Shown: positions 26,012 to 34,307, counted from the first letter of the stretch. The stretch is DNA of 64,000 bases from a virus (IMGVR_UViG_3300024046_000025:1-64000); one strand, 5' to 3'. A program made the numbers and translations. Notes: generated from the sequence alone by a model not told the origin.

Positions 26012-27766
26012 ATGGCCAGTGACGATCTAATCAACACCATCATTGCCGAGGCTGGCGGCGAAGGCGAAGCCGGTATTATCGCCGCAACGTGGGCAATAGC
26101 ACAGCGCGCCGCTGCGCGCGGCCAGTCCATGGACCAGGTGATTAAGTCCGGGTTCGACGGCTATTCCAATCCCGGCTCAGGCGCCATTCGCGCGCAGCAG
26201 AACCAAGGCCTGCGCCGGCAGGTCGAGCAGATCATCAGCGGAGTGCAGCAAGGGCGGATTGCCAATCCCGTTCCGGGCGCCGATCATTTTCTCTCAGGCT
26301 CCGTCATGCCTTCGTGGGCAAGAGGCATGGATCATGTGGCCACCATTGGCGGGCATCGGTTCTATGCCTCGGGCAATGTGCCCAGAAGCGCGCAGGGCGT
26401 CTCACTGCCGCCCGGTGAATTGCCCACTGTCGCCACGGCTCTGGACGTTACCCCTCGCCAAGCCCCGGCGCCGGCCAGCATGTCGCCCTTTACCGCAGCG
26501 GTGCGCAATCTCCAGCCCACTTCGACGGACACGGCCTCGCTCTATTCGGGGATATTCTCCACGCCCCAGCAGGATCGTGGCCCGATCACCGATAGCGACC
26601 TGTTCACTGGCCCCGGCATTTCCGAAACCATCCAGCGCACGCAGGCCCAGCAGGATCCCGCTCTTGCATCGGCGCTGCAAGCCTATGTGACGCGCCAGCA
26701 GGCCCCGCAGTTGTCTTCTGGGCCCATCTCCTACGCAGGGCAGGAACGCAGCCCCAGCCCCGCCCCAGCCGCCCGCGCAACCACGTCCATGCCCATAGGG
26801 GTGGCGCAGAGCTATGCAGGGCAGGAGAGGGGCCCCACGTCCTTGCCTCCCGTCCCCATGCCTCTCCCTCGCCCTGTGACGGCCAGCGATATTGCTCGAG
26901 CGGAAGGCACTACGGTTGCGAGTATCCCCTCCACCTACGCCAATCCGGCCGCCGCCCCGGTGCGACTGCCGGAATTGCCTGCCGCCGGCCAACGCGGGAT
27001 CGGTCAGCCGCCCGCGACAAGGGCGGTTCAGTCTGTCCCTGTCCCCGCCCAGCCTTCTACGGCAACAGACACGGCCAGGCGCGCCACGGCAGCGGAAATC
27101 CGCGCGGACAATGGGCAGGCCATTCCAAGAGCAAGTGCGTCTCAGTCGGTTGCGGCCCCTGCGGGGAGCTTCAACCCGCCCCTATCATCGCGGAACACCG
27201 GCATATCCACTTCGGATCGTGTTCGCGCGGCGCAGGCACCAGCAACGGAACAGCGCCTTGCTGCGGGATTGGCTCAACCGGCTCCGATTGAAGGAGTTAT
27301 CGGGCCTCAGCAGGTCGCGCAGATTGGTGTGGGTCTGGATGGCACCAGAGGCCTGCCGTCGCTCACCCCTCCGGTGCCGCTCCCTCCATATAGGGCCGTC
27401 GCTACCGCGCTATCAGTCACACCGCCGCTGCCGCGCGCCAGGCCAGCTCAGGCCGTGCCGATGCCCCCGCTTCCGATTGCCCGGCCAATGCAGGCGGCCG
27501 CCATGCCTTCGCTGCGCCTCCAGTCTCCGCTCAGAGTTTTGGTGAACGGAGCCAACGGGGTCATGCAATCCATGTCCCAGCCTCGGCAGCAAACTTCGGC
27601 GGTTCAGGCTTTCCGCAACCAAGGGATGAGCGCTGCACAGGCCTATGACGCCGCAAATGCCGCTGCCGCTCAGCGCGCGCGGGACAACGCGGGATCGGCT
27701 GGCGGATCACAGGTCTATTCATCCGGCGGCCAACGATACGACCGAACGACCGGCAATTGGGTCTAA
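26012..27766 (+). CDS. SleB/Hydrolase_2-like cell-wall hydrolase domain fused to a long Pro/Ala-rich region
   Basis: TIIAEAGGEG, GADHF...PSWA...IGGHRFY in first 120 aa. Confidence 0.75.
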   Translation: MASDDLINTIIAEAGGEGEAGIIAATWAIAQRAAARGQSMDQVIKSGFDGYSNPGSGAIRAQQNQGLRRQVEQIISGVQQGRIANPVPGADHFLSGSVMPSWARGMDHVATIGGHRFYASGNVPRSAQGVSLPPGELPTVATALDVTPRQAPAPASMSPFTAAVRNLQPTSTDTASLYSGIFSTPQQDRGPITDSDLFTGPGISETIQRTQAQQDPALASALQAYVTRQQAPQLSSGPISYAGQERSPSPAPAARATTSMPIGVAQSYAGQERGPTSLPPVPMPLPRPVTASDIARAEGTTVASIPSTYANPAAAPVRLPELPAAGQRGIGQPPATRAVQSVPVPAQPSTATDTARRATAAEIRADNGQAIPRASASQSVAAPAGSFNPPLSSRNTGISTSDRVRAAQAPATEQRLAAGLAQPAPIEGVIGPQQVAQIGVGLDGTRGLPSLTPPVPLPPYRAVATALSVTPPLPRARPAQAVPMPPLPIARPMQAAAMPSLRLQSPLRVLVNGANGVMQSMSQPRQQTSAVQAFRNQGMSAAQAYDAANAAAAQRARDNAGSAGGSQVYSSGGQRYDRTTGNWV

Positions 27767-27778
27767 AGGAGCCAAGCC

Positions 27779-29035
27779 ATGGCAAAAAACTCAGTCCCTG
27801 AATGGGATGAAACCCAGACTAATAACACCGACATTGGCGGGACGAATATTGATGAGGGCTGCGCGTCTTCTGGCATGAATGATGCCGTGCGCAAAATCAT
27901 GGCGCAGCTCAAGGCGTTCTTCAAATCCAGTGTTTTTCGGCTATGGGACGGAACGGATAACACCAAGCGCCTGGCCTTCGACCTCTCCAGCCTGACCACC
28001 GGCACCACGCGCACCCTGAAAGTCCAGGATCGCAGCGGTACTATCGCCATGTCTGATAGCACCGACACCCGCCGCAACCGCCTCGTCAACCACGACAAGT
28101 TGGTCAGCCAGGAAAACGGCCAGACGGCAGGCACTACGAATGGCAGATACCCGTCCGATCAGAATGCCATGTATTTCGTCTCGTCGGCGGGCACCTTCAC
28201 CGGCGTCAATGTCGCTGGCAGGACCAGCCCAAAGGGCGGCAATCGAGACCGCATCACGATCACGACTGCCGACACATCCTTGGCGGCTGGCGAATTCCTC
28301 ACCTACACGCAGAACATCGAGGGCTCCAACGTCGCCGATCTGAAATGGGGTACGGCGGATGCGGTTCCTGTGGTGCTGCGCCGGGGCTTCAATTTTCCTG
28401 AAGGTACGTGGACTGTCGCCTTCCACAACTCTGCCGCGAACCGATCCTATGTGACCACCTTCACCGTATCATCGGCAGAGGCGAATACCGACATTGTGCG
28501 CGAATTCGCCATTCCCGGCGATACCATTGGCACATGGCTCACGGCGGACGGCGTGATCGGCATCACCATGGACGTGGTGATTGGCGCGGGCTCCACCTTC
28601 CAAGGCGTTGCTGGCTGGCAGGCAGGCAATATCCTGACCGTCGCGGGCGCATCGAACGGCATGGCGATGTCTGGCGCCGTGTTCGAATTCTTCGATGAGG
28701 GGCTACGGGCTGACCCTGACGCTACCGGCGTCTATGGGCAGTATGAGGTGGGGGAGGTTGATCCGGTTTATCGAAGCGAGCGGTACTGGGAGGTACAGAG
28801 CGCCATAACGCTCTTTACTTATTCTGACGCGCCGATAGTTCAAGTGGGCTCCGTGCAATTCAAAGTACGAAAATGCAAACCGCCCATCGTTAGCAAGGTG
28901 GCGGGTATTATTTCCAATGGCGGGTATTCCGTTGGGAGCGCGACTATCGACGGCTTTCGTCTTTCTAGCGACTCCGTTTCTGGCGGCGTCCGTGAAATCG
29001 ATTTGATTGCTTCCTCTAACGCGAGGCTGTCATGA
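27779..29035 (+). CDS. Tail fibre protein
   Basis: N-terminal anchor NIDEGCASSGMNDAVRKIMAQL; followed by chaperone gene. Confidence 0.8.
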   Translation: MAKNSVPEWDETQTNNTDIGGTNIDEGCASSGMNDAVRKIMAQLKAFFKSSVFRLWDGTDNTKRLAFDLSSLTTGTTRTLKVQDRSGTIAMSDSTDTRRNRLVNHDKLVSQENGQTAGTTNGRYPSDQNAMYFVSSAGTFTGVNVAGRTSPKGGNRDRITITTADTSLAAGEFLTYTQNIEGSNVADLKWGTADAVPVVLRRGFNFPEGTWTVAFHNSAANRSYVTTFTVSSAEANTDIVREFAIPGDTIGTWLTADGVIGITMDVVIGAGSTFQGVAGWQAGNILTVAGASNGMAMSGAVFEFFDEGLRADPDATGVYGQYEVGEVDPVYRSERYWEVQSAITLFTYSDAPIVQVGSVQFKVRKCKPPIVSKVAGIISNGGYSVGSATIDGFRLSSDSVSGGVREIDLIASSNARLS

Positions 29036-29565
29036 TCTACGTCACCGCAATCTACGCCAATTCCGATCAGACCCTCGTCACCGGCACCGACGCGGGCGGC
29101 AACACCGAGACCGTCCCAGCTGATTTCACTCTGTTCCGCCAGCCCGATGATGGTCCTCAAGGCTTCCTCGCCAATGGCGGAGTGATCCAGCCTTATGAGG
29201 CATTCCCGACGCTCGAAGAGGCCATAGCCGCCAAGCTGGTCGAGCTTGACGACTTCCGGTGGCGGATGGAGGTTGGCGGTGCTGCCTTTCGCGGCTCCAT
29301 CATCCGCACCGATGCCAACAGCCAAGCCAAGATCACCGCTGTTTATGCGATGGCGCGGCTCGATCCAGAATATGAAGTGCCGGTCTGGGAAGTCGTGCCG
29401 GGGGTATTCATCCCCCTCGATAACTCGACCATCATCGCCATGGGCGAAGCGGTACGGGATCATGTGCAGGCAACGTTCAATCGCAAGGCCCAGCTTCACA
29501 TGGCGATTGCAGGGCTCGCCACCATCGAGGCCGTCCAGAGCTTCGACATCGCGGCAGAGTGGTAG
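29032..29565 (+). CDS. Tail-fibre assembly protein (DUF4376-like)
   Basis: RWRMEVGG...IRTDANSQAKITA...AVRDHVQATF. Confidence 0.75.
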   Translation: MIYVTAIYANSDQTLVTGTDAGGNTETVPADFTLFRQPDDGPQGFLANGGVIQPYEAFPTLEEAIAAKLVELDDFRWRMEVGGAAFRGSIIRTDANSQAKITAVYAMARLDPEYEVPVWEVVPGVFIPLDNSTIIAMGEAVRDHVQATFNRKAQLHMAIAGLATIEAVQSFDIAAEW

Positions 29566-29595
29566 CCGCTTAATCCCACATCACAGGAGGCCGAA

Positions 29596-30228
29596 ATGGC
29601 CAAACTCAACGCGGAGCAGGTGTTCCGCGCGAAGACGCCTGCCATCATGGCGCAGCTTATGCGTGATTTTCCCATCACGCCGGTAGATGCAGCCGCGATC
29701 CTCGGCAACCTCGGGCACGAAAGTGCCGGACTGACCACCCTTCAGGAGATCAAGCCCGCAGTTCCGGGATCCAAGGGTGGCTATGGATGGGTGCAGTGGA
29801 CCGGCCCACGACGCCGCGCCTATGAGACATATTGCAAGCGCACCGGCAAAGACCCGGCCAGCGATGAAGCCAATTATGCATATCTGTTCCTGGAACTGAA
29901 AGGCATAGAGGGCAGCGAAGGAGGGGCTATTGGCAAACTGGTTGCGGCCGAGGGGTTGGATGCTAAGGTTGAAGCGTTCGAGCGCGCGTTTCTGCGTGCG
30001 GGCGTGAAGCACTACCCCAGCCGCAAGCAGTGGGCCGCCATCGCGCTCGATGCGTGGCGGGTCAAGTCCAACACCGGCATTCCGATCCCCAATCCCACGC
30101 CAGAGCCACAGCGCCCGCAGGGGGCTGAAAAGCTCGAACGAGGCAAAGCACCCATCATCCTCATCATCTTCGCCCTGGCCGCCCTCGCAGCGGCCCTTTT
30201 CTTGCTCCCCATTTTCCCGAAAGGCTGA
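29596..30228 (+). CDS. Endolysin, phage tail-type lysozyme family, with C-terminal TM helix
   Basis: AAILGNLGHES, GYGWVQWTGPRR, FERAFLRAG; IILIIFALAALAAALFLL. Confidence 0.8.
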   Translation: MAKLNAEQVFRAKTPAIMAQLMRDFPITPVDAAAILGNLGHESAGLTTLQEIKPAVPGSKGGYGWVQWTGPRRRAYETYCKRTGKDPASDEANYAYLFLELKGIEGSEGGAIGKLVAAEGLDAKVEAFERAFLRAGVKHYPSRKQWAAIALDAWRVKSNTGIPIPNPTPEPQRPQGAEKLERGKAPIILIIFALAALAAALFLLPIFPKG

Positions 30229-30233
30229 ACATC

Positions 30234-30548
30234 ATGGGCATTCTCGAAAACGTCGCCATCCAGTGGCTTATCCGGCGCATCCCCGAGGTCGGCGGGCTGC
30301 TGCTCACCATCGTGACCTTCTTTGCCGCCATCCCGCCCGAACAGCAGGCGGTCATCATCGCTATTCTCACTGGCAATGGTGGGGGCCTCACGGTCGGGGC
30401 GGTCATTGGCCTTGCCATGTGGATCTATGCCCAGGTCATGAGTTTCCGCCAGACCACCAAGCCCAAGGTCGTGGAGCAGGTCGCCGGCCGGCCCATGGAG
30501 ATCAGCAGCGGCAGGAAATCCCTGCTCGATATCCTGCTGGGCAGGTGA
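30234..30548 (+). CDS. Putative holin
   Basis: Two TM segments, basic C-terminus, next to endolysin. Confidence 0.6.
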   Translation: MGILENVAIQWLIRRIPEVGGLLLTIVTFFAAIPPEQQAVIIAILTGNGGGLTVGAVIGLAMWIYAQVMSFRQTTKPKVVEQVAGRPMEISSGRKSLLDILLGR

Positions 30549-30596
30549 CTATGGGGCGGCTCCGGCCGCCTCCCTTTATTTCGAATGAGGCCGCCC

Positions 30597-30830
30597 ATGT
30601 CTGGACCAAAAATCGACTTCACCATCAACCTCGGCCATATCATCACCTTCACCGGGTTGATCGTCACCATGGCCTTGGGCTGGTCAACCTTTGACGGCCG
30701 ACTACGAGCCGTCGAAAAGACGCTGGAGACCACCACAGCAACGCTGGTGGAACAGGTGCGCCAGGGGAGTGCCATTCAGGCGCTTGACCAGCGCATGCAG
30801 CGCGTCGAGCGTATCGTGGATGCTCGGTAG
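30597..30830 (+). CDS. Lysis-cassette membrane protein (TM + coiled coil)
   Basis: INLGHIITFTGLIVTMALGW then heptads. Confidence 0.65.
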   Translation: MSGPKIDFTINLGHIITFTGLIVTMALGWSTFDGRLRAVEKTLETTTATLVEQVRQGSAIQALDQRMQRVERIVDAR

Positions 30831-30864
30831 TCATCCGGGCACAAATATTATTGCGCCCGGATGA
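30831..30864. terminator. Hairpin between convergent lysis and radC operons
   Basis: TCATCCGGGC ... GCCCGGATGA perfect 10-bp inverted repeat. Confidence 0.7.
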
Positions 30865-30871
30865 CGGAGGA

Positions 30872-31525
30872 TCAGCCGTTCAGAAGCTTCATTGCCCGCA
30901 TGGAAACATGCCCGCACCTGCCGATGATGATATGGTCATGAACCAGAATTCCCATCGGTTTGGCCACGGTAATGATCTCATGAGTCATCCGAAGATCGGC
31001 GGATGACGGCGCAGGATCGCCAGAGGGATGGTTGTGGACCAATATGAGCGAGATGGCCGACAATTCTAGCGTCCGCCGGATCACCTCGCGCGGATAGATA
31101 GGCGTATAGTCCACCGTACCGACCTGCTGCACCTCATCAGCGATAAGGCGGTTCTTCTTGTCGAGGAAAAGAACCCGGAACTGCTCGATGCTCTCGAAGG
31201 CCATTGCTGTGTGACAGTAATCCAGGAGCTGTGGCCAAGAGGTTAGAATTGGCCCTGCATCGCAAATTCGTTCCTTGGCGATTTGCTGTGTTGCCTCCAT
31301 CACTGTCGATAGAAGCCGAGCCGTGGCAGGGCCTACTCCTGCCACCTCCTGCATCCGATAGGATGGCGCCGCGATTGCCGCAGGCAGAGAGCCGAAACGT
31401 CGCAGTAATCCGGCTGAGATTTCCCTGGATCTCCTGATCCCCACGGCCGAGGAAAGTAGCCGAGTCAGAAGCTGTTCCTGGTCCTCGGCAGTCCATCTGG
31501 CAACGTACCTTTTGGTGTGCTGCAT
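30872..31525 (-). CDS. radC: RadC-family JAB/MPN domain protein with HhH
   Basis: LLRRFGSL, EVAGVGPA, EQFRVLFLD, VHNHPSGDPAPSSAD, VHDHIIIG; starts 1 nt after luxI stop. Confidence 0.93.
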   Translation of the reverse strand: MQHTKRYVARWTAEDQEQLLTRLLSSAVGIRRSREISAGLLRRFGSLPAAIAAPSYRMQEVAGVGPATARLLSTVMEATQQIAKERICDAGPILTSWPQLLDYCHTAMAFESIEQFRVLFLDKKNRLIADEVQQVGTVDYTPIYPREVIRRTLELSAISLILVHNHPSGDPAPSSADLRMTHEIITVAKPMGILVHDHIIIGRCGHVSMRAMKLLNG

Positions 31526-31526
31526 T

Positions 31527-32147
31527 TCATGCCACCTTCTCCTTCTGGTAGTCAGAAAGAATAGGTCCTGCCAGCCGGCCAAAGCGCCGCGCTCCGGCCA
31601 ATGCTGCTTCCGTCACATCGAAATAAGCCGGAAGCCAGGCCTCTCCGCCAATATCAATGGCGTCGCCGTGAATATGGACCTGCCATCCCATGCGCCTCCA
31701 GATCGCCAGCCATTTCGCGTCCTGAATGCCACCGACCTGGCGGTATCCATTGGCTAAGCAGTATTCCATCACGGCGGCGCAGCACTGGGCCTTGAGAACG
31801 AGCCCCCCGCCTTCGCGGCGGTGAGCCACGACGAAACCGCGCGTCCATTCGACTATGCGGGGATCGCGCGGCATAGGCAGAAGGTTGCACGTATCCGGGA
31901 AAACCTCGCTCAGCATGTGGGGCAGGTGGGTTGGCACCAGTCGGGATCCGGCCACAAGCTCACTGCCATCAATGACCAACAGATAAGCTGCATGGGCAGT
32001 ATCGAATTGGTCGACCTCCAAATTGTCAGGGGATGGAGGCACCCATCCTAGCTCCTCCGCATAAACTTTGTGGCGAGCCCGGTAGAAATGCTCGAGCTCC
32101 AGTTGAAAGAGATGTTCGTTCGTACGCGTAACGAAGTTAAATTGCAT
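31527..32147 (-). CDS. luxI: Acyl-homoserine-lactone synthase (LuxI family)
   Basis: RARHKVYAEELGW, LEVDQFD, GSRLVPT, EWTR conserved residues; GGAGG RBS. Confidence 0.92.
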   Translation of the reverse strand: MQFNFVTRTNEHLFQLELEHFYRARHKVYAEELGWVPPSPDNLEVDQFDTAHAAYLLVIDGSELVAGSRLVPTHLPHMLSEVFPDTCNLLPMPRDPRIVEWTRGFVVAHRREGGGLVLKAQCCAAVMEYCLANGYRQVGGIQDAKWLAIWRRMGWQVHIHGDAIDIGGEAWLPAYFDVTEAALAGARRFGRLAGPILSDYQKEKVA

Positions 32148-32277
32148 CTCACCCTCCAAGCGTTAACGGAGGGAAGGTGCAATTGCGTCTAGATCCTTTC
32201 CTATTGTCCTTCGGGACGGTTGTCAGGCCGAATCATCGGAGAAATATAAGAGAGTGCAGCTAGTTAGGGTGCGATGC

Positions 32278-33003
32278 TCATAGGATAATTTGGCGTGATC
32301 TGATTGCTTTGGCGACGGCGTGCGTTGTGGTTGTGGCGTTCAGTTTCACCCTGGCATGGGCGAGGTGTTCCTTCACCGTTCGTTCGGAGAGCATCAGGAT
32401 ATCTCCCACATCAAGGTGGGATTTCCCGTTGGCTACCCACCGCAGGACCTCCCGTTCTCGCTCAGTCAATCGTGCAATAGCGGTTACATTGTCATCGTGG
32501 ATTTCCACAGCGCGCATTTCCGCATGCAGGCAGATCAGATGTAACATTTCGCGCCCAAGCGTATCGAGCTCCACCGGCCTGTCAGTCGCTAAGGAAACAA
32601 CTGCCTGCACGCTTGAGGGGTCGCCCATCGGAAAGCCGATGCCATCAGCCAAGCCTAGGCCAGAAGCTTCGCTGGCGATCTGCGAGGCAACCCGTGTTCT
32701 TCGGCTTCCTTTCCGTGCCTCTTTCCAAGAGAAGGGGCGCGTCCGCGTCAGAGAGAAAAGGCTGACGGGGTCATGCCAAAAATATTGGCCTTGGCGGTAT
32801 CGGGTTAGCCAAGCCTCTGGCCAGGTATGCGCAATAATATACGGCTCTGCATCTTCTCCCAAGGAAGGGAGCCGTGTCATCATGAAGTAGTCAAAACCAA
32901 TGTTTTTTAATGTGGTCGAGAAATCAACAATTAGCTCATGGAAAATTTTATGTTGATCGCAGCGGTCAATAAATGCCATTGCCTGGCAGACGATCTCCTG
33001 CAT
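32278..33003 (-). CDS. luxR: LuxR-family AHL-responsive regulator
   Basis: W..Y (EAWLTRY), HDPV, FSW, GIGFP autoinducer pocket; LTEREREVLRWVANGKS HTH. Confidence 0.93.
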   Translation of the reverse strand: MQEIVCQAMAFIDRCDQHKIFHELIVDFSTTLKNIGFDYFMMTRLPSLGEDAEPYIIAHTWPEAWLTRYRQGQYFWHDPVSLFSLTRTRPFSWKEARKGSRRTRVASQIASEASGLGLADGIGFPMGDPSSVQAVVSLATDRPVELDTLGREMLHLICLHAEMRAVEIHDDNVTAIARLTEREREVLRWVANGKSHLDVGDILMLSERTVKEHLAHARVKLNATTTTHAVAKAIRSRQIIL

Positions 33004-33178
33004 TCCCTCCTCCGCAATCTTGCCTGCGAATTAATACTAATTACTTATAAAGAATGTCAGTAGGAAAATTACGAATTGTCCATAAGTGGGGTTGCTGTTA
33101 GCCACCTTGCCAACTAAATGGCGATTTGTTTCCGTATTGGAAACCGCATTCTGAGCAATGGGAGGCTGCTCCCGTTAG

Positions 33179-33490
33179 ATGGTATTAGGAAGGGTGACGC
33201 CCGATAATCTCATGATCGCAGATTTGAGCTACAAAAAAACTCCGGCGTCAGATGATGTTGTTGTTGAGCTATTTTGGCAGCGCGGCACTAGGATGGGGCA
33301 GGTAAAATTGCCTCCTTGCTTGGAGCAAAGTGTAGCTGAGAATGGTTTGCCTAATCTCACGCCGCTGCCTGTTATTTCAGCCGTGGCCTACGCAATGGTG
33401 CTAGCAGCTCAGACACGTCGCAGCCTGACGCTTTCTGGTGATGACCAAGTGTGGCCACTGGAGTGGGGTAGCCTGGTCCGCGTCCACTAG
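33179..33490 (+). CDS. Hypothetical protein divergent from luxR
   Basis: GGGAGG RBS; low-GC ORF. Confidence 0.65.
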   Translation: MVLGRVTPDNLMIADLSYKKTPASDDVVVELFWQRGTRMGQVKLPPCLEQSVAENGLPNLTPLPVISAVAYAMVLAAQTRRSLTLSGDDQVWPLEWGSLVRVH

Positions 33491-33522
33491 TGGGAAGGCA
33501 GCGCCAAATCGTGAATTGACGT

Positions 33523-33537
33523 GTTCCATTTTTGTTC
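33523..33537 (+). promoter_or_regulatory. Alphaproteobacterial LexA (SOS) box in a sigma70-like promoter
   Basis: GTTC-CATTTTT-GTTC directly after TTGACG -35 (33516). Confidence 0.8.
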
Positions 33538-33566
33538 TCATTTCTACTCGCCTGTGGAGGTGAGAA

Positions 33567-33773
33567 ATGTCAGAGCAAAAATCCGGCGGCATCGATGGTG
33601 CCCATAACTATCCCATGGATGCGGCAGACGGGATGCGGAAAATGCTGGAATACAAGGCGGAGATGCGACGGCAGCATGACGAACGGATTGCCGAGCGCAA
33701 GGCCCAACGTGAGGCCGCGAGAAAAGCCGCCAAGCAGGTTCCGCCAGTCGAGTATCCTTGGATGAAGGAATAG
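33567..33773 (+). CDS. Small charged helical protein, SOS-box controlled
   Basis: GGAGG RBS; directly downstream of LexA box. Confidence 0.7.
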   Translation: MSEQKSGGIDGAHNYPMDAADGMRKMLEYKAEMRRQHDERIAERKAQREAARKAAKQVPPVEYPWMKE

Positions 33774-33774
33774 G

Positions 33775-34020
33775 GTGCGCCCGACACCAGCCGATTCTCC
33801 CTATGAAGATCGTTCCATGACTACCGAACTCGTTCCTTCCGGTCCCGACATCACCCGCGACGGCAAGTCTGTCACGCCTTTGGCTTCCCTGTATCGCTGT
33901 GAGGGTTGCGGCTATGTCGGGGCGCCCTTCGGCTACAAGCGCGGCGATGAAGTGGTGAGTTATTGTGGCTGGGACGGCCATAAGCCGATCTGCGTGGGGA
34001 AGGGTAAGGCGGAGCGGTAA
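33775..34020 (+). CDS. Small Cys-containing (Zn-finger-like) protein
   Basis: CEGC...YCGW...IC; start GTG 33775 or ATG 33817. Confidence 0.6.
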   Translation: MRPTPADSPYEDRSMTTELVPSGPDITRDGKSVTPLASLYRCEGCGYVGAPFGYKRGDEVVSYCGWDGHKPICVGKGKAER

Positions 34021-34090
34021 GGGTGAGAACCAGGCGCCGCGGAACATGCTAGCAACATGCTGTACCGACTTTGTACGCACCTCCCTGCCA

Positions 34091-34116
34091 GTTCTGATTC
34101 TGTTCTTGCATCGTTC
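34091..34116. promoter_or_regulatory. Tandem LexA boxes GTTC-N7-GTTC-N7-GTTC
   Basis: GTTC at 34091, 34102, 34113. Confidence 0.7.
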
Positions 34117-34214
34117 TGCAAGGTTTGGTGAGGATGATAGGGGTGGGGAAATCTCCCCCGGCGGCGACAAAGCCCTTGCCTTATGGCCTCATTGCCCTGT
34201 ATCAGACCCACGCC

Positions 34215-34307
34215 GGAGAGGTGGCCGAGTGGTCGAAGGCACGCCCCTGCTAAGGGCGCAGATGGTGATGAACTGTCTCGAGGGTTCGAATCCCTTCCTC
34301 TCCGCCA
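34215..34307 (+). tRNA. trnS: tRNA-Ser(GCT)
   Basis: GGAGAGG acceptor, CGCCC-CTGCTAA-GGGCG anticodon arm, long variable arm, GTTCGAATC, CCA. Confidence 0.95.

Larger units (their letters stand above)
1..34120. mobile_element. Prophage 1: temperate P22-like podovirus with lambdoid early region; left end outside window, right boundary uncertain (30864-34200)
   Basis: Ordered cI/cro, replication, antiterminator, terminase, P22-type portal/coat, ejection, tail fibre and lysis modules; no att repeat identified. Confidence 0.92.

Noticed and set aside
27779-29565. Diversity-generating retroelement acting on the tail fibre
   Set aside because: No reverse transcriptase and no TR/VR repeat pair noticed
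30872-31525. JAB protein as CBASS Cap3 or a ubiquitin-like defence component
   Set aside because: It is RadC-type with HhH motifs; no CD-NTase, E1/E2 or Ubl gene nearby
33031-33045. CtrA box upstream of luxR (TTAA-tactaa-TTAC)
   Set aside because: Spacing is N6, not N7, in an AT-rich region where chance matches are likely
33054-33075. AATGTCAGTAGGAAAATTACG as a CI operator upstream of luxR
   Set aside because: Shares GTAGGAAAA with OL2, but half-site spacing and sequence do not fit TGTA-N9-TACA
33544-34170. 208-aa minus-strand ORF near the LexA boxes
   Set aside because: Overlaps two better-supported plus-strand genes, has no usable RBS spacing and looks like shadow sequence
34215-34307. 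tRNA-Ser 3' end as att repeat of prophage 1
   Set aside because: Wrong geometry (prophage upstream of the intact gene) and no duplicate found by eye in the window
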